Part shown: positions 52,040 through 61,100 of the stretch, in pieces
Layout: every line of letters starts with the position of its first letter
Numbering within the stretch: the stretch's first letter is position 1
Source of the DNA: an uncultured Planctomycetaceae bacterium
GTDB taxonomy: Bacteria; Planctomycetota; Planctomycetia; Pirellulales; Thermoguttaceae
Assembly (NCBI GenBank): GCA_964615095.1
Contig: CAZTPX010000008.1
Span: 57,361 to 121,360, forward strand
DNA length: 64,000 nt
Direction: 5' to 3'
The notes under the pieces: model-generated
What the model was told of the DNA's origin: nothing
The model's input: only the letters and a program-made list of their open reading frames with translations
Databases searched by the model: none
Program-made: the position numbers and the translations under genes

Positions 52040-53098
52040 ATGTCCAGGAAACTACTTTTCGGAAGAGCGTCGTTGATCGCGATCTTGCTTGTCGCGCTCT
52101 CAACCGGTGTGTCGTTTGCGCGCGGAGGTGGAGGCGGAGGTCATGGAGGAGGCGGAGGCTTTGGCGGAGGTGGATTTCGTGGGGGTGGTTGGGGTGGAGG
52201 TTATAGAGGCGGGATGCGGGCCGGCTCGTTCGGTTCCATCGCCCCGTCCCACGCCTTCAGCGGTGGTGAATTTGGCCGCGCCGGAACAGGTATGGGCTAT
52301 GGCGGCCACTTTGGCAACGGTTACGGCGGATACGGCAACCGATACGGCAGCTACTTTGGCCGCGGCGGTTACGGCGGCTATGGTGGTTGGGGGTGGGGCG
52401 GTTACGGGTTGGGCTGGGGTTTGGATTGGGGGTATCCGTATGATTATGATTACGGCTACTACTACCCAGACACGGGTGACTATTACTATTCCTACGCGCC
52501 GACTAGTTCTGTCGACAGCAGCGTGACGGCTCCTCAACAGTTTGCGGACTCAGCAGAAATTGCACCGACGATCACGTCGGACCCGCAGCAAGGGGCCAAC
52601 GAAGCCCTTCAGTTCTACTCCGAGGCGCGAGCGGCCTTCCTGCAGGGTGATTACAAAGACGCCCTGCGTCTGGGAGGCCATGCCGCCGTGGATGCGCCAC
52701 AGAATCCTAAAGCTCACGAACTGATTTCGTTGGCCTTGTTCGCCTCGGGCAAATATGCCCCCGCGGCCAGCGAGGCGCATGCGGCGATGGCCTTGGGAAC
52801 GATTGCCGGCTGGAACGACCTGTACGCCTACTACAACAACGCCGACAAATACACGACTCAGTTGCGCGCTTTGGAAAAGGCGGTAGCTGCCAATCCCAAG
52901 GATGCAGCGGAGCGTTTCCTGCTGGGGTATCACTACTTGATGATCGGTGCCCGCGACAACGCGAAAACCGAGCTTGCCGAGGCCGCCAAGTTGACGCCAA
53001 AGGACAAGCTTGCCGGCCACTACCTCCAGCAACTCCAGTCGAACTCGCCGCTCACGCCTCCGCAGATGGCGGCACGACCACAAGGCAAGGCGCTTTGA
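52040..53098 (+). CDS. secreted Gly/His/Trp/Tyr-rich protein with conserved TPR-like C-terminal domain (paralog 2)
   Basis: MSRKLLFGRASLIAILLVALSTGVSFARGGGGGGHGGGGGFGGGGFRGGGWGGGY...GGYGGYGGWGWGGYGLGWGLDWGYPYDYDYGYYYPD.... C-terminal blocks NEALQFYSEARAAFLQGDY, SEAHAAMALGT and FLLGYHYLMIGARDNAKT. Confidence 0.75.
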   Translation: MSRKLLFGRASLIAILLVALSTGVSFARGGGGGGHGGGGGFGGGGFRGGGWGGGYRGGMRAGSFGSIAPSHAFSGGEFGRAGTGMGYGGHFGNGYGGYGNRYGSYFGRGGYGGYGGWGWGGYGLGWGLDWGYPYDYDYGYYYPDTGDYYYSYAPTSSVDSSVTAPQQFADSAEIAPTITSDPQQGANEALQFYSEARAAFLQGDYKDALRLGGHAAVDAPQNPKAHELISLALFASGKYAPAASEAHAAMALGTIAGWNDLYAYYNNADKYTTQLRALEKAVAANPKDAAERFLLGYHYLMIGARDNAKTELAEAAKLTPKDKLAGHYLQQLQSNSPLTPPQMAARPQGKAL

Positions 53099-53111
53099 CG
53101 GCGCTGTACAT

Positions 53112-53168
53112 GCCACGGATCAAACACAGGATGAAACACGGAAAGAAAATCCGTGTTTCATCTGTGGC
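53112..53168. repeat. REP-like hairpin (gatgaaacacgga-aagaaaa-tccgtgtttcatc) between paralogs 2 and 3
   Basis: 13-bp perfect stem flanked by gccac.../...gtggc. Same family as the tandem catccgtgttt units at 10-45 inside pglX. Confidence 0.8.
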
Positions 53169-53186
53169 AAGACAAAGGAGAAAGCC

Positions 53187-54515
53187 ATGTCGAGAGAACT
53201 ATTCTTTGGAAGAGCGTCGTTTATTGCGGTCGCAATCGTTGCGCTGTGTGCGAGTTTGTCGCTTGCGCGTGGTGGCGGAGGGCACGGAGGTGGCGGAGGG
53301 CATGGAGGAGGAGGAGGCCATGGAGGAGGTTTTCACGGCGGCGGAGGGCATGCAGGCGGTGGTTTTCGTGGCGGTAGTTCGCACGCCGGGGGCAGCGCGA
53401 TGCATGCCGGCTCGTTTGGGTCGATCTCCCCTTCACACGCAGGGAGCCGCGGTCAGTTCGCCCACGGTGGCAACTTCGGCGGTCGCCCTGGAAGTACCTT
53501 CGCCGGCCGCGCCGGCAGTGGCTTCGCCGGTCGTGCCGGCAGCGCCTTTGCCGGCCGCTATGGGAACAACTTTGCCGGCCGCTCCGGCAATTGGGCCGGC
53601 AACCATGCGTGGGACAACTACTTCCGCCGCGGCGGCTACGGTGGCTATGGTGCCTACGGTGGTTACGCCGGCTGGGGAGGTTACGGCGGCTATGGTGGTT
53701 GGGGGTGGGGCGGTTACGGGCTGGGATGGGGCGGTTATTGGCCCTGGTATGGCGGCTGGGGTTTGGCTTTGGGGTCATGGGGATACCCCAATAACTACGG
53801 CTACTATTATCCCGATGCCAGTTACTATTCCTACACGCCGAACGATTATTCTACCTACGTTCCATCGGACTATTATTCCTCCTCTGCGCCATCTGTTTAT
53901 GTTGACGGCAGCGCAGTCGCGAATCAGCAGTTTGCGGACTCATCGGCAATAGCGCCGACGATCGCCGAGGAAGGCAGCCCGGCAGGCGGTCCTGCCCAGG
54001 ACCAGTCAGGAACCAGCGAAGCGATGAAGTTCTACTCCGAATCGCGCACGGCCTTCCTGCATGGCGATTATCAAAACGCCCTGCGGTTGGCAACCCATGC
54101 CGCCGTGGATGCGCCGCAGAATGCCAAAGTCCACGAATTGATTTCATTGGCCTTGTTCGCCTTGGGAAACTACGGCCCGGCGGCCGGCGAGGCGCATGCG
54201 GCGATGGCCTTGGGAACGCTTGCCGACTGGAGTGACTTGTACGCCTATTACAACAACGCCGAGAAGTACACCACCCAGTTGCGCGCTTTGGAAACGGCGG
54301 CGGCCGCCAATCCGAAGGACGCAGCGGACCATTTCCTGTTGGGGTATCACTACTTGATGATCGGCGCCCGCGACAACGCGAAGACGCAGTTCGCCGGGGC
54401 GGTGAAACTGGCGCCAAATGACAAGCTTGCCGGCCACTACCTCCAGGAACTCCAGTCCAACGCGCCGCTCACGCCTCCGCAGATGGCGTCAAAGCCACAA
54501 GGCAGGGAGTTGTAA
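53187..54515 (+). CDS. secreted Gly/His/Trp/Tyr-rich protein with conserved TPR-like C-terminal domain (paralog 3)
   Basis: In-frame ATG at 53187 with AAGGAG RBS. MSRELFFGRASFIAVAIVALCASLSLARGGGGHGGGGGHGGGGGHGGGFHGGGGHAGGGF...FAGRAGSGFAGRAGSAFAGRYGNNFAGRSG...GGYGGYGGWGWGGYGLGWGGYWPWYGGWG.... C-terminal domain nearly identical to paralog 2. Confidence 0.75.
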   Translation: MSRELFFGRASFIAVAIVALCASLSLARGGGGHGGGGGHGGGGGHGGGFHGGGGHAGGGFRGGSSHAGGSAMHAGSFGSISPSHAGSRGQFAHGGNFGGRPGSTFAGRAGSGFAGRAGSAFAGRYGNNFAGRSGNWAGNHAWDNYFRRGGYGGYGAYGGYAGWGGYGGYGGWGWGGYGLGWGGYWPWYGGWGLALGSWGYPNNYGYYYPDASYYSYTPNDYSTYVPSDYYSSSAPSVYVDGSAVANQQFADSSAIAPTIAEEGSPAGGPAQDQSGTSEAMKFYSESRTAFLHGDYQNALRLATHAAVDAPQNAKVHELISLALFALGNYGPAAGEAHAAMALGTLADWSDLYAYYNNAEKYTTQLRALETAAAANPKDAADHFLLGYHYLMIGARDNAKTQFAGAVKLAPNDKLAGHYLQELQSNAPLTPPQMASKPQGREL

Positions 54516-54566
54516 GGATCCCACCCTACACTCCTTCCCGATTTGGGGACCGAAATGCCTAACGCC

Positions 54567-54584
54567 CACCACGCAAGCGTGGTG
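54567..54584. terminator. short GC hairpin between convergent genes (caccacgc-aa-gcgtggtg)
   Basis: 8-bp inverted repeat between the stop of paralog 3 (54515) and the stop of the NtrC-type regulator (54618). No clear U-tract. Confidence 0.25.
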
Positions 54585-54617
54585 CCCGGCCGCGTTTAAG
54601 CATGCCACCCGTCGCCA

Positions 54618-56051
54618 TTAGGGTTCCGGCAAGTCTTCGCGCGCGTGCATCCCAAATTTCTGCATCCTGGCGTGCAGCGTCGGTCGCGGCATTCCCAACA
54701 GCCGCGCAGCATGCGTCTGATTGCCCTGCGATCGCCGCAATGCCTCCACGATCAAAAGCCTCTCCACCATCCCCAGCAAATCCTCGCTGGCATGCACGCC
54801 ACCGTACGAGGTCAAATACGTTTGGACCAGGTTCAACCACTGCTCTTGGCGGGAAGGATTGGCTTCGCCGGCCGCCGCCTGGGAGTCCGTTCTCACGGTC
54901 CAGGGCAGGTCCTGGGCCTGGATCGTATAGCCTCCGGCAAAGATCATCAGCCGCTGAATCAGGTGTTCCAGTTCCCGCACGTTGCCCGGCCAGGCGTAAT
55001 TCACCAGGGCATCGAGCGCATTTTGGGCCAACGGCGGACGTTCGATACCGGCCGCGCGGGCAAAGCGGCTCAAGAAATAGTCGACCAGAAGGGGAATGTC
55101 GTCGCGCCTTTCCCGCAATGGCGCAAGCTGCAAGGTGACCACGTTGAGGCGGTGGTAAAGGTCATCGCGAAAGCCGCCCGCGGCAATCGCCCGTTCCAAA
55201 TCGCGGTTGGTGGCGCAGAGCACGCGCACGTCGGACTGGATCGTTTCATTGCCGCCCAGCCGCTGGAAGGTCCCGTCTTGCAAGACCCGCAGGATCTTGG
55301 CCTGGACCATAAGGGGAATGTCGCCGATTTCATCCAGGAGGATCGTCCCGCCGTGGGCTTGTTCGAACTTTCCGATCCGCCGCGTCATGGCGCCGGTGAA
55401 TGCGCCGGGCTCATAACCGAACAACTCGCTTTCCAGGAGCGTTTCGGGGATGGCCGCACAGTTCACCACAACCAGCGGCATCTTACTCCTGTGGCTATGC
55501 TGATAGATGGCCCGGGCCACCAGTTCCTTTCCTGTGCCCGATTCGCCGCGAATGAGAACGGTCGCATCGGTTGGGGCCACCCGCCCGATGGCCTTGTAGA
55601 GCTGCTGCATCGGCGGACTGCGGCCCACGATGGCGTCGGCCGGCGGCACGACCGTCTCGGGATCCAGGGCGAGGCGGCCCTTCATTAGCCGGGCCGCTTC
55701 TAGCGCCTTGGCGATGGTACGGAGCATTTCCGCCGGCTCAAAGGGCTTCAACAGGTAATCGTAGGCCCCGCGCTTCGTGGCCTCGATGGCCGTATCGGTC
55801 GTGCCCTGGCCGGTCATGACGATCACGGGCAGCGTCGGCCGTAGCTTCCTGATCCGGGCCAGGGCATCTAGGCCGCTCATGCCCGGCAGGCGGATGTCGA
55901 GGATCACCAGTTCCACGCCAGCGTCCTGCAGGCGCCGCATGGCCTCTTCCGCGCCGTGCACGCCGATGACTTCGTGCCCGCGCGTCGCGAGAATCTCTTC
56001 AAACGCCCGCACGACGTTGCGTTCATCGTCAACGACGAGAATCTTGGCCAT
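54618..56051 (-). CDS. NtrC-family sigma-54-dependent response regulator (receiver + AAA+ + Fis HTH)
   Basis: In-frame ATG at 56051 with GGAGGA 6 nt upstream. MAKILVVDDERNVVRAFEEIL...[64 protein letters not shown]. Overlaps the kinase gene by 23 nt. Confidence 0.9.
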   Translation of the reverse strand: MAKILVVDDERNVVRAFEEILATRGHEVIGVHGAEEAMRRLQDAGVELVILDIRLPGMSGLDALARIRKLRPTLPVIVMTGQGTTDTAIEATKRGAYDYLLKPFEPAEMLRTIAKALEAARLMKGRLALDPETVVPPADAIVGRSPPMQQLYKAIGRVAPTDATVLIRGESGTGKELVARAIYQHSHRSKMPLVVVNCAAIPETLLESELFGYEPGAFTGAMTRRIGKFEQAHGGTILLDEIGDIPLMVQAKILRVLQDGTFQRLGGNETIQSDVRVLCATNRDLERAIAAGGFRDDLYHRLNVVTLQLAPLRERRDDIPLLVDYFLSRFARAAGIERPPLAQNALDALVNYAWPGNVRELEHLIQRLMIFAGGYTIQAQDLPWTVRTDSQAAAGEANPSRQEQWLNLVQTYLTSYGGVHASEDLLGMVERLLIVEALRRSQGNQTHAARLLGMPRPTLHARMQKFGMHAREDLPEP

Positions 56052-57543
56052 GGCCATCCTCCGAAGCAATGGGCAACCAAATGGCGAAGGTCGTGCCTTT
56101 TTCTGTCGAAGATTCCAACACGAGTCCGCCGCCGTGCGCGGCCATGATCTGGGCGGCAATGCACAGGCCCAGGCCCGTGCCTTGTTCCTTCGTGGTGAAA
56201 AAGGGTTCGAAGATGCGGCACTGGACGTCGGGAGGCATGCCGGGGCCCGAGTCGCGGACCCGCAGGACGACCATGGGCCGGCCGTCAGCATCCTTCTCGG
56301 CATTCGAAGTGATACGGATTTCACCTCCACCGGCCATGGCGTCCGCGGCGTTGCCCAACAGATTCAGCAAGACCTGTTTGAGCTGCGCCGCGTCGGCCAT
56401 GACGGGCGGCAACGGGGAGCGGGGTGTGCAGGTTATCCTGATTTTCTCGCCTTGGAAACGCGGCCCAAGAAGCTCCTGCGTCTGATCGAGCACCGCGCCG
56501 ACGTCATGTGGCTGACAATCAAGCGTCCGCGGACGGGAAAACTCAAGGAAATCCCTGACAATGCTCTCCAACCGCGAAATCTCTTCCGAGATAATACCCA
56601 GTTTTCGCGCCAAGTCGGCGTTTCCCTGGACGGCCTCTCGGACCGAGAAGAGCCACATCTTCATGGCCGTGAGCGGATTGCGGATTTCGTGGGCCACGCT
56701 GGCCGCGAGCTTGCCCACGGAGGCAAGCTTCTCGGCGACCAGGAGCTGGTTGCGGCTCCTTTCCAATCGAGAGCGCGTATCGCTCACATCCGACATCAAG
56801 TTGCGAAGGTGATTTCCCATAATACGCAATTCGTCTTCCTCGGATCCTTTGTCGTGCGCATGGCGATCGCCACGGTAGGATTGAGCATCTGCGACCATGC
56901 CGCGCAGTGGAAAAAGCACTCGATAGAAAAACAGCCAAAGCAGAAGGCCGCCCAAGAGGAGCGTCAACGTGCTGGATACGCCGACCACCCAGGTGCTCTG
57001 ACGCATCCGGCGGCCGGCCCGCTCGATGCTCTTGCCGCCGGCCTGGGCGTGGATGGCAGCCAACTGGCCGCAGAGACGGCGGGCTTCCGGGGAAAGGCGG
57101 CCCTCGACCTCCGTGAACAGGATTTTCTTGGCCCGTTGCGTTTCGCCTCGCTTGTCAAGTGCCAGCACTTCTTCCCATCGGGCCTGGAGGTCGGCCAAGG
57201 TCGTCTTGAATTGGGAAATGGCGTCCGTTTCTTCGTTTGAAACGGGAATCGTATCGTCGATTGCCGCCGTCCAGTCTCGAAAACGAGGTTCCAAGTCGCG
57301 GAATCTGTTCTCCCAAGCCGGGTTGCCCTTGTCCAGAAGACATGAGGCAATCAGGTTGTTACCCTCCAGGATCGCTGTTTCCACCTCTTCGGCGCGGAGG
57401 CTGGGAAGATTCTGCTGGATGGCCTCTTGCAGGCGAAAGTGGACGCGCAAGGCGGCGTATAAGGTTACGAGGCTGCTCAGGATTGCGAGCGCGACGACCC
57501 CCAGGATCGTCATGGAGAACTTCGTTGCTAGACTCCAACGCAT
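56029..57543 (-). CDS. sensor histidine kinase (two TM segments, periplasmic helical sensor, HisKA + HATPase_c)
   Basis: MRWSLATKFSMTILGVVALAILSSLVTLYAAL (TM1). WVVGVSSTLTLLLGGLLLWLFFY (TM2). H-box KLAASVAHEIRNPL. N and G boxes LLNLLGNAADA, RDSGPGMP and GTGLGL. Confidence 0.9.
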   Translation of the reverse strand: MRWSLATKFSMTILGVVALAILSSLVTLYAALRVHFRLQEAIQQNLPSLRAEEVETAILEGNNLIASCLLDKGNPAWENRFRDLEPRFRDWTAAIDDTIPVSNEETDAISQFKTTLADLQARWEEVLALDKRGETQRAKKILFTEVEGRLSPEARRLCGQLAAIHAQAGGKSIERAGRRMRQSTWVVGVSSTLTLLLGGLLLWLFFYRVLFPLRGMVADAQSYRGDRHAHDKGSEEDELRIMGNHLRNLMSDVSDTRSRLERSRNQLLVAEKLASVGKLAASVAHEIRNPLTAMKMWLFSVREAVQGNADLARKLGIISEEISRLESIVRDFLEFSRPRTLDCQPHDVGAVLDQTQELLGPRFQGEKIRITCTPRSPLPPVMADAAQLKQVLLNLLGNAADAMAGGGEIRITSNAEKDADGRPMVVLRVRDSGPGMPPDVQCRIFEPFFTTKEQGTGLGLCIAAQIMAAHGGGLVLESSTEKGTTFAIWLPIASEDGHGQDSRR

Positions 57544-57696
57544 TTGCCGTCCTTACAGCGATAGTACCCGGGCAACAAAGTAGATAAATACCAATCCGAT
57601 GCGCGGAGCGATGGCCCCTCGCTTGCGCTTCGGCTTGGTGTGAGGGGATCTTCCATGCCCGGGTCGTACCGCACGCGGTTGAAATTGGCCCAATCC

Positions 57697-57762
57697 ATAC
57701 TAAGCGCGAAGCCTAAGCGAGGCAACGACTTCCGATCCTCGCGTATGCTTCGCGCTTAGTAT
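57697..57762. repeat. REP-like palindrome (atactaagcgcgaagcctaagcgagg ... cctcgcgtatgcttcgcgcttagtat)
   Basis: ~26-bp arms with 2-3 mismatches. Half copy gcccctcgcttgcgcttcgg at 57613-57637. Same family as 48406. Confidence 0.75.
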
Positions 57763-57843
57763 TGCCTACCTGTCCTGCCAGGGCAATACCTTCCGCCACA
57801 AAGACTCCTTACGTGTCCATTTTCTGACAATTGTGTGCCGTCA

Positions 57844-57861
57844 CCGTCGAAATCCGGACAC
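57844..57861 (+). promoter_or_regulatory. candidate enhancer (UAS) CCGTCGA-AATC-CGGACAC
   Basis: Starts exactly 114 nt upstream of the TGGCAC at 57958. Similar to the UAS at 50551-50568 and 51503-51520. tgggatt lies 44 nt downstream, at the same offset as caggatt in the other two modules. Sits in the divergent region shared with the kinase-regulator operon. Confidence 0.5.
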
Positions 57862-57957
57862 CGAGGCACGAACCTGAGAAGGTTTCCTGGGATTAGCGAT
57901 GTCATATTCTCTGACAGCATCGTGACTTCCACCAAATATTAGAAAAATACTGCAAGC

Positions 57958-57973
57958 TGGCACGCGAAATGCA
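57958..57973 (+). promoter_or_regulatory. sigma-54 promoter (TGGCACGCGAAATGCA)
   Basis: Matches TGGCACG-N4-TTGCW with one mismatch in the -12 box. Correct GG-N10-GC spacing. Lies 212 nt upstream of the RND transporter ATG. Confidence 0.7.
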
Positions 57974-58184
57974 ATTGGCCAACGCAACGATTCCCGGGAA
58001 GGACCGGTAAATCCATGTTTATATCAGTGTACTGCCAAGTGTGCGGATCGTTGTGTCGGTCAGCGGCCTATAATTTAATGGTTTGGGTTAGTCATTTCAG
58101 TTCTCGACGTGATTTCGTCCGGATTAAACACACACCGATTCAAGCTGAGTAGTCCCGTCCCCCCCGTTTTGCGCCCATAGCCTC

Positions 58185-61100
58185 ATGAATTTAACAGAAT
58201 TCGCAATGCGGCGGCCGATTACGCTGGCCATGTTCGTCGTGGCCGTGATTGGCGGGGGCGTGCTGGCGCTGCTCGGAATGCGGGTCGACATCTTCCCGTC
58301 GATCAACGCCCCGCAAATCTACGTGGTAAACAACTATGCCGGCATGTCGCCCGACCAGATCGAGGGCATCGTCACCAACGTCTACGAGCAGAATTTCCAG
58401 TATGTCGACGGCATCAAGGCCATCGAATCCAAGAACATTCAGAACTTCGTCCAGCTCAAGCTCACCTTCTATCCCGGCACCGACATGGCGGCGGCGATGT
58501 CGCAGGTCGTCAGCCTCACGAACCGGGCCAGGGGGCAGATGCCGCCCAGCGTGCTGCCGCCCTTCGTGATCCGTTTCGACGCGGCCAGCGTGCCCATCGG
58601 CTACCTGGTGCTGGAGAGCAAGAGCGATCCGCCCCGGCCGCTGGGCGAACTGGCCGACTTAGGGCTGTTCCGCATCCGCCCCACGCTGATCGCGGAAGTG
58701 CCGGGCACGGTGGCCTTCTCGCCCTACGGCAGCAACACGCGGGCCATCGTCGTCACGGTTGACCCCGATCGCCTCCGCGCCCACAATCTCTCGCCTGAAG
58801 ACCTGGTTTCGGCCCTGGAGACCGGGAACGTCGTCGTGCCGTCGGGCAACGTGTACACGCCGACGCAGACGCCGCTGGTGCCCACCAACGCCATGGTGGC
58901 CGATCCGCAAGAGATGGGTAAGATCCCCATCCAGCTCGGCAAGAATGTCTATCTTCGCGACGTGGCCACCATCGAGGACACGACCGATATCAACTATGGT
59001 TGCGCGCTGGTCAATGGCCGCAAGTCGATCTTCATCCCCGTGGTGAAGAAGGATACGGCCTCGACGCTCACGGTGGTCCGCCAGATCCACGACACCATGC
59101 CCAAGTTCAAGTTGCTCGTGCCCGCGGACGTGGACGTCCGCTACGCGTTCGACGAATCGCCGACGGTGCGGGCGGCCATCCAGAGCGTGCTCACCGAAGG
59201 GGTCATCGGCGCGGGGTTGACGGGACTCATGATCCTCTTGTTTCTGCACGACCTCCGCAGCGTGCTGGTGGTCCTGATCAGCATCCCCTTGTCCTTGACC
59301 AGTTCGCTGGTCGGCCTGTGGCTGACGGGCAACACGATCAACATCATGTCGCTGGGCGGCCTGGCCCTGGCCATCGGCATCCTCGTCGACGAGGCGACGG
59401 TCACTATCGAAAACACCCATGCCCAGATGCGGCACACGCATTCCATCGCCCGGGCCGCGCGCCGAGCGAACGCCGCCACCAACACGGCGCGGCTCTTGGC
59501 CATGCTCTGCATCCTCTCGGTGTTCATTCCCACGCTCATCCTCAACGAGCCGGTCCGCTCGCTGTTCATGCCCTTGACGCTGGCCGTGGGCTTCGCCATG
59601 GTCGCCTCCTACCTCTTGTCCAGCACGCTCGTACCCGTGCTCACCGTGTGGCTTGTGAAGCACGTGGGCGGGCACGGCGGGCAGGCCGGAAAGTCGCTCT
59701 TCGATCGCTTCCTGGATGTCTTTGTAAGAATCGTGTCGGCCGCGGTGCGCTGGCGGTGGATTGTGGTGGGGACCTATCTGGCCGCCTGCGCCGCGCTCTT
59801 CTGGCCGCTTTATGGCCAAGTGGGAAAGGAGTTGTTTCCCGAGGTCGATTCGGGCCAGTTCGTGCTGCGTTTCCGCGCCCCACCGGGGTCCGAATACGAA
59901 CTAACGCGGCGCTGCGCCGTGAAGATCCTCGAGATCATCGACGAGGAGAGCCACGGCAACCTGGAAATGTCCATCGGCTACACGGGCCTGGGGTCCACCA
60001 ACACGGCCACGAACAACATCCTGCTGTTCATGCGGGCCAGTGACGACGGCGTGCTCCGCGTGCGCCTGAAAGAGAATAGCGGCGTGGCGGTGGCCGACCT
60101 CCAAGAGCGTTTGCGCACGGTCCTGCCCGATAAGGTCGGCCCCTGGCTGCAAGCGTACCTGGAAAAGCACGGCTGCTCGCCCACGGAAGCACAGGCCCGC
60201 GTGCGGCAGATCTCCTTCGGGTTCGAGCCGGGCGACATCGTCAGCACCGTGATGAGCTTCGGTTCTCCCAATCCGGTCGAACTGCTGGTCATTGGACCGG
60301 ATCGGAACGCGGTCCGAGCGCATGCCCAGCGGCTCCTGGCGGAAATGAAGAAGATCCCCGAACTGCGCGACGTGCAACTATACCAGCAGCTAGATTATCC
60401 CACGGTGCGCGTCAACATCGACCGGGAGAAGGCCGGGCTGAGTGGCGTGGCCGTCAAGGACGTGACCGACGCCCTCCTGGTGGGCACGTCCTCCAGCCGC
60501 TACGTGGTCAGAAACTACTGGCGCGATCCCCACTCGGGGGTCGATTACCAGGTGCAGATCCAGGTTCCCACGCAACGCATGGACCGGCCGCAACAGGTGG
60601 AGAACCTGCCCATCCGCAAGGTGGACGCCGACAGCAATCTGCTCGTTCGCGACGTGGCCAGCGTCGAGCCCGGCCAGACGCCGGGCGAGATCGACCGCAG
60701 CGCTATGCAGCGTTACCTGAGCATCACCGCCAACGTTCAAGGCGGCGACCTGGACCGCGCCGCAAGCGGCATCGACCAGGCCATCGCCGATGCCGGCGAC
60801 CCTCCCCGCGGCGTGCATGTGAGCGTCCGCGGGCAGGTGGCGCCGATGACCGAGATGTTCCGCTCCCTGAGCATTGGCCTGGGGCTTTCCGTGGTAGTGA
60901 TCCTGGTGTTGTTGACCGGGTTCTTCCAGTCGTTCCGCATCGCGCTCGTATCCCTCGGCGGCGTGCCGGGAGTGGTCCTGGGCGTGCTCGCGATGCTGCT
61001 CTGCACGCGGACCACGTTGAACATCGAGTCGTTCATGGGCTCGATCATGTGTATCGGCGTCTCGGTGTCGAACTCGGTGCTGTTGTCGACCTTCATGGAC

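Noticed and set aside
52100-53778. Antisense and alternative-frame ORFs over the Gly-rich regions (52089..52526 +, 52100..52537 -, 53095..53952 +, 53221..53778 -)
   Set aside because: These are artefacts of GGN-repeat DNA, which is open in several frames. Only the frame with signal peptide, RBS and conserved C-terminal domain is consistent across the three paralogs.
58015-58152. 45-aa ORF (MFISVYCQVCGSLCRSAAYNLMVWVSHFSSRRDFVRIKHTPIQAE) in the leader between the sigma-54 promoter and the RND gene
   Set aside because: Weak RBS, odd composition and no recognisable family. It may be a chance ORF in an AT-rich leader. I cannot exclude a leader peptide, but nothing in the sequence supports it.
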